A DNA stretch of 64,000 nt, from the NCBI RefSeq assembly GCF_009914755.1, contig NC_060930.1; one strand, 5' to 3'. A model generated the notes under the pieces. The model worked only from the letters and a program-made list of their open reading frames with translations, was not told the origin of the DNA and made no database searches. The translations under genes and the position numbers were made by a program. The stretch's first letter is position 1. Each line of letters begins with the position of its first letter. Shown piece by piece: positions 54,916 to 64,000 of this stretch. The DNA comes from the human T2T-CHM13v2.0 reference genome, Homo sapiens.

Positions 54916-57747
54916 ATTTATATCTGGTAATTCAACATTAGACCCAGTACAGAAATCTCTTCTAAGTATCTCTGGAATATAATCATTCAGATCACACTTG
55001 CATAGCAAGAATGATTAGTAGTAGCTCTCTACTTGTAGTTTCAGCCAGCACAAGGCAAAAATGCTCTAATGCTTGTAGACATTAAAGCATTTGTAATTTA
55101 GTTTTCCCTCTTCCTGCTGATATTTCCCTATTGTCAGTGGCCCAGAATCTATCTTAGTGGGTGGTCAATGGTAGAGTTAGAAAACAAGGGCATGGGATGC
55201 ATCCCAAGTCTTTCATCCTTTTAATATTCATAGACAACCAAGAGCCAACTACATACATCAATTCAAGATTAAAAACATGAAAGTTGAAAGGAAAAGAAAT
55301 CTATAAGCAATTACCACCTTCCAAGTCTTATGTTGATATTACAGAGTATCTTGGGAGTTGGTTTGATTAAGGAAATACGTGGTGCTCCATTAAAATTTCT
55401 TACTTATTTTTATTACACTCTCACTTGCCCTAATGAAAATAATTTTCTTTCTGTTTCAGGCCTGTCCATCTTTTGTTAAAGTTAAATACGCCATTAGTAA
55501 TATAAAATCAAATAACCAGATAGATGATAAAGCCATAAAGAGACAGACAGAGAGATAACAGTTTCAAATGCTTTTAGAGTCTACTAACATTGGTGAATTT
55601 CTAAGATTTAGTTAATACATCAGGAAACTGAGAAATTAGACCACCTCTTCATTTTCTTTGAAACCTAGTTGGCATATTGATCTGTGTTGGGTTGCAGGTT
55701 TAAAAAGGAGCCATACGCCAATTAGGACTGTGACAGTGGAATAACTCTTCCTGTATACCCCATTATGGAGCTGTTTATGCATGAAAGTAAGTGCTGCTCT
55801 TCACCTTAAACATAAATAATTACATTCTAACTGTAAGGTAAGCAAGAAGTGCATAATAGTATATTGCTGCTATGCTATTAAACAGTCACTTAAATGTTGT
55901 ACTATTTGACAGCTATATGGCATAATTACATGCTAGATGAGAACATTCACTTTACAAAGTGCCTGTATTTTTTAAAAATTGAGTATTTTTTGAAAAATCA
56001 AGCATTTTAAAATAATGTCTTACTGAGCTGAACTGAACACTGCAACTAGCAATGAAACCAAGTCATCACTGATCAGCGGCTAAAGATGATGTGACTGTGA
56101 ATTAAAATCTCCACAAAACTAAAGTTGGATCAGCATCCACATCGATCCAAAATTTTCCTAGCATCAAGCTGGATGTGTGGTAGATAATCAGGAAAGACTC
56201 TAAAACTTTTTTAGACATAAAGAGTTCAGTGCTAAATTCTCAGTATTAAATATATCTGCCTTATTATTCACACTTAAGCTAGATATAAATGGAATCTACA
56301 ATTGAACTAAAAGTGAAACAAATTAGGAAGTTTAATTGATGTGGAAGTTAGAAAGAGTTGGTCAGAGTTTTGAGATAAATCTTTTTAGTTATCATTATCA
56401 AGTAAAGGTGACACATATATTGGTCTGAGGAAACCCTAGTATGTCCTCCAGCAAAGCTTATCCCTACAAATCACTTTGTTTAGAAAATGGCATTTGCTAG
56501 AATTGAAGTGTGGTTGTTGAATAAAACATTTTAGAATTCAGAAAATTAGAACCAACCTATTTTCTTTTCAGTTGACCTGTTTAATGAGGAGTAGTAGCCT
56601 CAGATTAAAATACAAAAATGTAATTTTAAGCATAAAATGGTGTGTATTTTTAATTATTTCAGAAGGAAATAAATAAAAATAAAAGTCCAATAGTCAAATT
56701 CACTAAAATGATACTACTTTTCCATTTGAATAAATTAGCTATGTTCAAATCATTTATTTGTTTCAAAATCTCCTGAAGAGAAACAAAGTTGGGTCTAACA
56801 ATCAGGACGCTACTCTCTGTTTTTCAAATCTGAAATGTATCCATTGTTCCCATCTGCAGCTGAGGACCTGGGCAGCACACTGCCACATATATTAGATGTA
56901 AATGCATGACAGATCCTCTATACAGATGAAGCCTGAGAGTCCCTAAGTGGCCTGAGGAATCACTCAGCAGAGTACAGGAGATCATATTACTCAAGAAAGG
57001 TGACTGCAGGGTCTCGGTTATCATTACAGCATTTTCCTACTCCAGCCCTCAGTCACAGCTCAATGTCGTACCTGACCCTGCTAATGACGGGGCTCATTTT
57101 CCCGCATTGGAAAACTTGAGTAGTAGAACGAGGAAGCAGAGGTTTAGAAATATATGAGCAATCTTTCTCTTCACCTTGGACTCTACTTAAATTAATAAGG
57201 TAATGTTTTACTTTCAGTGATAATAATTAATAAAGAAGCCTTTATCTCTAGGAGAAACATGAGAAAGCCGCCTTTAGATTGTGAGACTCATATTTCTAAT
57301 GCTAATTTGTCCTTGGACAGCTATGTGGCATGGTTGGCTACATATTAGTTGGAAGAAGTAGAATACTGAAATCATGAAAATGAAGGCATGAAGTGAAGTG
57401 TGTGTGTCTCTGTGTGTCTGTGTATATGTGTGTGTGCTAAAAAAGAAAAAAGATAAATCGTTTATTTTTTAAAAAAAAACAGGTAATCAGTAAAATTAAG
57501 TATGTATGTCATTTAATGGAATTCACACCTTATAGGGTAGGGAATAGCATATATGTAATAGAAGAGGTACATAATACACTGGAAAACTAAATTCAAAGGC
57601 AAGCGAGTGACAGAACTGAGATTAGAACTTGAATCTTGTGAGTGTAAACAAGTTTCCCTTATACTAAACTAGGACCCCTTCAGAAAATATTATTTCGAGT
57701 TAATAGGACAGTAATCTCAGGTTGTAACGCCCCTTTATTTAAATAAA

Positions 57748-57767
57748 GCAAAGCCCTCTAGTGGCTA
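57748..57767 (-). promoter_or_regulatory. Candidate CTCF site
   Basis: Minus strand TAGCCACTAGAGGGC matches the CTCF core CCACYAGRGGGC; the 3' flank is suboptimal. Confidence 0.45.
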
Positions 57768-58760
57768 TCTTTAAAACAGCATTCAATTAAATTTACCAGG
57801 TCATCATGACTCTAAAGATGGGTGCTAAAACATCACCTTACTATGTGTAAACAATGGGACAATGGCTACTGAATGACAAAAATCTAATATACCACTGGAA
57901 TTAAATAAATAGTGTCATATAGAAGGAATTACATTGGTGTAGAGGCCTAGGTTCTTGCCCCAATCTACAGTTGCCATCTAACTACATTGTACACATTACC
58001 ATCATGAAACTCGATAAATAACTACTCAGATTGATAATAAGTAAAAGCCATTAGACTTTCCTTCAAAAATACATTGAGTACTCTTTTTCACACTCTTCAA
58101 TCTTCAATGTTCTCACCAGTTGCTCTGTGTCTTGCAGATGAATCTTTGTTTGTTTTAGTTCTTTTTAGTTCTTTTCTTCTTCCTAGGATGTTTGTCCATA
58201 TTAACAATTCCTTCCTTTTATAACAGCTCCCTAAAGAAACTCTTTGGTCTTTTCTCCCATTGCACCCTCTTCACATTGGAATCAAATTGCCTGGTTTTCC
58301 ATCTGCATAAAATTATCTCTGAAATCTGAATTCTACATATCACCCAGGACCCGTTCCTATGCTATATTTTTCATGAGATTTTTACTGGTCCTCCCAGCTA
58401 GTGCTTCCTCCACTCATGGAACTTCCATAGCATTCAATCCATGCCTCTTTTAAGATAATTACAATTTTCTGTGAATATGCACTCATCCCCAAAAGAATAT
58501 TGCACACAACACTACCACTACTACCACCACCACCACCACTAATTGTTTCTTAGTGTCCCAGTAACAAATCTAGTCATCTACCATGCAACATCTCCTTGCT
58601 GGCCCTAATATATAATGTTCATCTTTGGTGCCACCACTGCTACTGCGCTTCCCACTAGCTAACATCTGAATCCTCTTTGGAACCCTTGAGGTACCTGCTG
58701 CCTGATGTTCCATGTCCAACTAAAAGAGAGTATTTTAAGGCTCTTTTGTATTACACTCAG

Positions 58761-58928
58761 ATATAGGGCCACCAAGTTAGTTATCAGGCCCTAATACTTT
58801 ACCTAGAGGTATCGCATGTGGCATCTACACAAGGCTTGTCCATGGACATGAGCACAAAGTAGACTGAGCCAGAAACTAATCTATGTCACATTGAAATGCT
58901 CTCCTCCTGCCAAACATTTTATTACCAG
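58761..58928 (+). other. Candidate 168-nt non-coding exon
   Basis: ctcttttgtattacactcag| acceptor and perfect CAG|GTAAGT donor at 58926-58934. Stops in all three frames. Confidence 0.3.
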
Positions 58929-59979
58929 GTAAGTAATTTACGCTAGGTTCAACCTTGTTACTAGGTTAGTCTGTCTTCTTCATAAAATGAGCTCACTTCC
59001 AAAAAGCCACAGTGTAGACACAGATTAGGCCTAAACTGGATTTTGCTCACCCACCCCCTAATTCCCAGTTCCACCTACCCTAATTCCCAATTAAAGTGTG
59101 ATCAATTTCAGGCTTTATATCTATTTCATTATTATTTCTCCAATCAACCTTAACATGGTGCTTCACACATAGTAGGAACTAAATAAAAACCTGAATAATT
59201 AATGATAGAATGCAACACCAATTTCCATTTTTATCTTTTTCTCATGAATTCCATATACCCCTTCCAAGTTGGAATAGCTGTTTATAATAATAAGTTTCTG
59301 TGGGTAGATGATATGTAGAGAATGCAAATAAACCATTAAGCTAATGATCTTTCCCCAAAATTTTAGCACAGAATATGTCACTACTGTTATATCAGAAATA
59401 TCATGTTCTATCACTAGTTTCCATTAAAATCAGAGTATATTTAAAAGGAAATGGAGAACCTAGCATTTTTACTTTCCAAACCTTTGCTCTCTTTTAAATA
59501 AATAGAAAGTTTAAATTTATGTAAATAAATGCATATAAGATATTTGAATGGAGGCAGATCTTTATTTCCTACACTTTGCAGCCTATAATTTTAGGCTCTG
59601 TCGAACAGAAATAGAGTAGAAAATAATATATTTTCAAAAAGTTTTGCTTTGAGGCAAGATTTTCATGGGTCTGCAGAGGGGTAACATTCTCCTGGTAGAT
59701 GTTTTATATTAAGTATTATTCACTAGTATCAAAACAAAGTACTCACAAAGTCCAAGCTTGGGGAACAAATACAAGACATAATGAGGAAATAAAGAAATAA
59801 ATGTTTATGAGCTAAAGCTATTGGGTTCTTTTATGTATTAAACAAAATTTATAAAGTAAAAAATCTGGTGTCTTCTGTGCAACAGACCAACTTAAAAGAA
59901 ATTTTATCGGTCTTACAGTTGTTCTCTTCATCGCAAATGTAAAACACAATTAAAGACAATCAAAATAGTCTTATGGTTC

Positions 59980-60238
59980 AAACACCACGTTTTCAATCAT
60001 AAGTAGGAGCTGAACAATGAGAACACATGGACACAGGAGGGGGAACAACATGCACCGGGGCCTGTCAGTGGGGCAGGGGGAGGGAGAACATCATGATAAA
60101 TAGCTAATGCATGTAGGGCTTAATACCTAGGTGATGAGTTGATAGGTGCAGCAAACCACCATGGCACACGTTTACCTGTGTAACAAACCTGCACATCCTG
60201 CACATGCATCCTGGAACTTAAAATGAATTTTTTTAAAA
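59980..60238 (+). mobile_element. L1PA (PA8-11-like) 3' end
   Basis: L1PA 3' UTR. TSD aaaatag(t/a)ctt(a/c)tggttc at 59962-59979 and 60239-60256. Confidence 0.9.
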
Positions 60239-62935
60239 AAAATAGACTTCTGGTTCTCTTTATTATGATTAATGGATACATACCACGCATTTCATTACTC
60301 CCATTAAATGTTTTAAACACCCAATAACTGATTATTATTATTATAGCAAATAATACCTCTAGTTGGCAGTCATCATTATACTAATATATTTTCCTATTCA
60401 TTAAAATTATCAGTAAATCAAGTTTTTTTGTAGATATAGTAGAGACGGCTAGATATTTTCCGATATCCTCTCATTTTTTTTCTGTCATTTTCTAACTTTA
60501 TTTCAATATATTTCTATCTCTTTGGAGCTAGGTGGCTATATTTTATTCTATTTCTGTATGCTAAATTTGTAGCAGTTCAAAAATAATATTTTTCCAAGCC
60601 TTCAGGCTTTTTCTTCCTATTTGTATAAAATATTACTAATATCTTGACTTCTTGGAGCTTTCAGCCCAAGTTGCCAAACTATGCTGGGTATGGGAGAATT
60701 TGAGCCAGATAATTTCAAAATAAGTTTTAGATTTTGGTTTGCATAATGTTTCTTGGTTCTTTACTTTGTGTTTCACTTTCTTTCCTTGTATCAATTTTTA
60801 ACTTTAATGTTTCCGTGAATAGGACAGCCTCAGTGTAGGAGGGGAACCCAAAGAATGTGCCCCATGGGATGAAACCTTATAAGAGAGTAGGGCAGGAGGA
60901 AAGTTTAAAAAGCAGTGATGAAAATGCCAGGCTGTCATAATGGTAAAAAAGCCTTCTGGAGTGTCCAGAGCCTAAAACATGGGGAAAACATGGCAAATAT
61001 CATATTTACCAAGAAGAAAGTGAAGATAAGGGCAGTTCCAGAGTTACAGACAGAAAGTTGGAGATCATGTTACAGATGAAAAGCTGAAGCCTAGAAAATT
61101 AATCATCTGACCTCACATTGTGGAGCTATTTAGGGTGCTCTCACCATTTCACAGTGCTACCTCAGGCAAGTGTGAAATGGGGAAGCCACTGAAACCCAGG
61201 TTTAGAAAGCTGCCTTCAATGCATATGTTACAAGGGGCAAGGTGGGAAGCACAGAGGTGCCAAGGCAAGAGAGCTGAAGGAAACCTTAGTCATTAGAGGG
61301 GAATCACTTGTCTCTTTTCCTTCTAATTCAATAAAGGAAAAGTCAAGCGTTCCACTCCCACCCATGAGAAGGTGGCAGCATGCTGGAATGAATAGCTTTA
61401 AACTCTCAACACTCATAACAGTCATAAAAGGAAGAGGGAAAAGATGATTCATCAGCATTGAGGACATAGATAGAATCTCCTTTTCACAAGAAGGTGGTAT
61501 TACTGCCTGGCAGGACAATTCAGACTACCTCTCATTCTCTGTTCTTGTCTTCATCCTGGTGGCCACAAACACCTTAGAGTCTGGTCTACGACCCACTTCT
61601 CCCCATAGGCAGATCCCAAGATAAGGAGTAGATGGTTTAGTCTGAAGAGGGACCATAAATACTGTCAGTGAGAAGAAACAGGCAAGCAATGAGAAAAATA
61701 GATTCTGTGCAGAAAATAATTAAAGCCACAAAATTTAGAAACATAGTATTGTGTTTTGTAGTTCCCTTTTAGCAATGCATGTCCTCATTTTGAAGCAGAA
61801 AGAGACCTGAAAATCAGTCATGAGAAAGAGATTCAGAGATTCAAATTTGGGACATCAAATAAGATGAATTTGCAGTGAACAATGACAATGAAGCAAAGGC
61901 TATAGTTATTTGAGACCAAAATAGACAAATAACATATCACAAGCCCACAAAATAATATTATAATACAAATAATATTTTGTATATTCCTAGAATATTACAT
62001 TTAATTTCAAGAATCTCAGTGTAACAAATATGTAGATTGAATAAAAAGATCCACAGAAGAGATGAAAAGTATTTAGAGAAACAGAAGTATTGATGTATTC
62101 CTACAGAATTACAGATTAAAAACACTAAATGCAGACCTCGACGAAATAATAATAACCCTGGGGCTGAATAACTGAATATAAATATTCAAAGGGTGTATAT
62201 CCAAGAAAAAAAATGTAAGTGATTTAACTGGACATCAGGAGCACAAATAATTGGTAAATACGATTGACTTGCTCATTTTAGTTTGGACAAATTAATCTGA
62301 TATATGTCTAGTTAAAACTGGAGACCTTCCTTTCTTCTAGCTTGGTCAGTGCTTAATCACCATAGACATACTACTATGTTCTTGGCTTCGATAAAACTGC
62401 TCAGCCTACACAAAATAATTCTCTCCACTAGGCTTTCTTTTCATCTTGCTTTACCAGAAATTTAAATCATTACAATGTGTGAAGAAGGCCTTGCCTAAGG
62501 CATTTTCTCTAAAAATGTATCTGATAAAGAAAGTGAATGTGTTATTTAGAAAGGAGAGAAGCATCCTGAGATCTCTTCATAATAGGTGCCCTAATTTGTT
62601 CATAGAGGTTTTTAGTTGCCTTCTTAGAAAGGAAAGCAACATAGTTCCGAAGGGAAAAGTTCTGTAGAAATTAATTTCACTGGAAATATGCCTATACTTA
62701 GCATTGATAAGCCCTTACCTAGCTGAACAACCTAATTTTGTAGAATTCTGAAGGGCATGCTCAGAAAATAGTTACTGGTTGAAGGACAGTACTCTTAGGG
62801 GGAGGAACTTTTCAGAATCCTCACATGTTATATTTTGTTACAAATTTGAAATTTGATTGATGAATCACTTTGTTATTTATGTATCTCAAAGCTAACTCAG
62901 TAATCTCCAAAGTGTATTATTTAAAATTCTTAATT

Positions 62936-63166
62936 CAGGGCTTAGCAATTTACAACCTGAGAGCCAAATCCAGATACTGTCTGTTTTGTAAATACAGTTC
63001 TATTAAAACACATCCATGCTCATTTGTTTATAGATGTCTGTGGCTACTTTTCCTATGCAAATCTGCTATGATGGAGTTAAATAGTTGCAACATAGACCAT
63101 GTGGCCACCAACAATGGCTAAAATATTCACTATCTAGCCTCTTATAGAAGAGGGTTGCCAACTCTT
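62936..63166 (+). mobile_element. MER58A hAT-Charlie MITE
   Basis: 'gccaaatcc...ttttgtaaatacagttctatt...catgctcatttgttta...aaaatattcactatctagcc...ttgccaact'. Confidence 0.82.
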
Positions 63167-63209
63167 TCTCTAGTTCTTTTGGGATGTATTAATAAGTATT
63201 ACCTGATCA

Positions 63210-63440
<231 letters not shown>

Positions 63441-63645
63441 TGGGAGACATTTTACTTCGTTAAATAACATTAAAGTTTTCTGTAAAATTTCTGAGTCTTT
63501 AACATTTGAATCCTCAATATTCAATGGCTCACAAATTTATTCGAGACCACAAAATCCTTTTTTATGAACTATCTTGAAGTACCTGTTTTCTGTAGAATAT
63601 GCTTAAAGGAACTACAATATTCACTCAATTAAAAGTAATATTAGC

Positions 63646-64000
<355 letters not shown>

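Overview
This is primate (human-like), AT-rich and CpG-poor DNA of intergenic or intronic character. It is dominated by interspersed repeats: L1 (L1M to L1PA), L2, MIR, Alu, MaLR (MST/THE1/MLT1), ERVL LTRs, one HERV-H fragment and DNA-transposon MITEs. I can support no intact protein-coding gene, RNA gene or CRISPR array; the long ORFs are retroelement relics. The most notable structures are: (1) a 234-bp inverted duplication (231/234 identical) around a 1575-bp spacer, where continuity of old repeats implies the spacer is inverted; (2) a HERV-H fragment with L1-type integration hallmarks (14-15 bp TSD at TT/AAAA) but no poly(A), ending about 90 nt into the 3' LTR; (3) a 59-bp locally templated insertion; (4) two cases of Alu and L1 stacked at one endonuclease site; (5) an Alu-split MADE1; (6) unclassified hairpins; (7) splice-signal clusters suggesting non-coding or decayed exons, plus a recursive-splice-like AG|GT site. 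Repeat subfamilies are called from remembered consensus motifs, and boundaries of old repeats are approximate. I could not place the locus.
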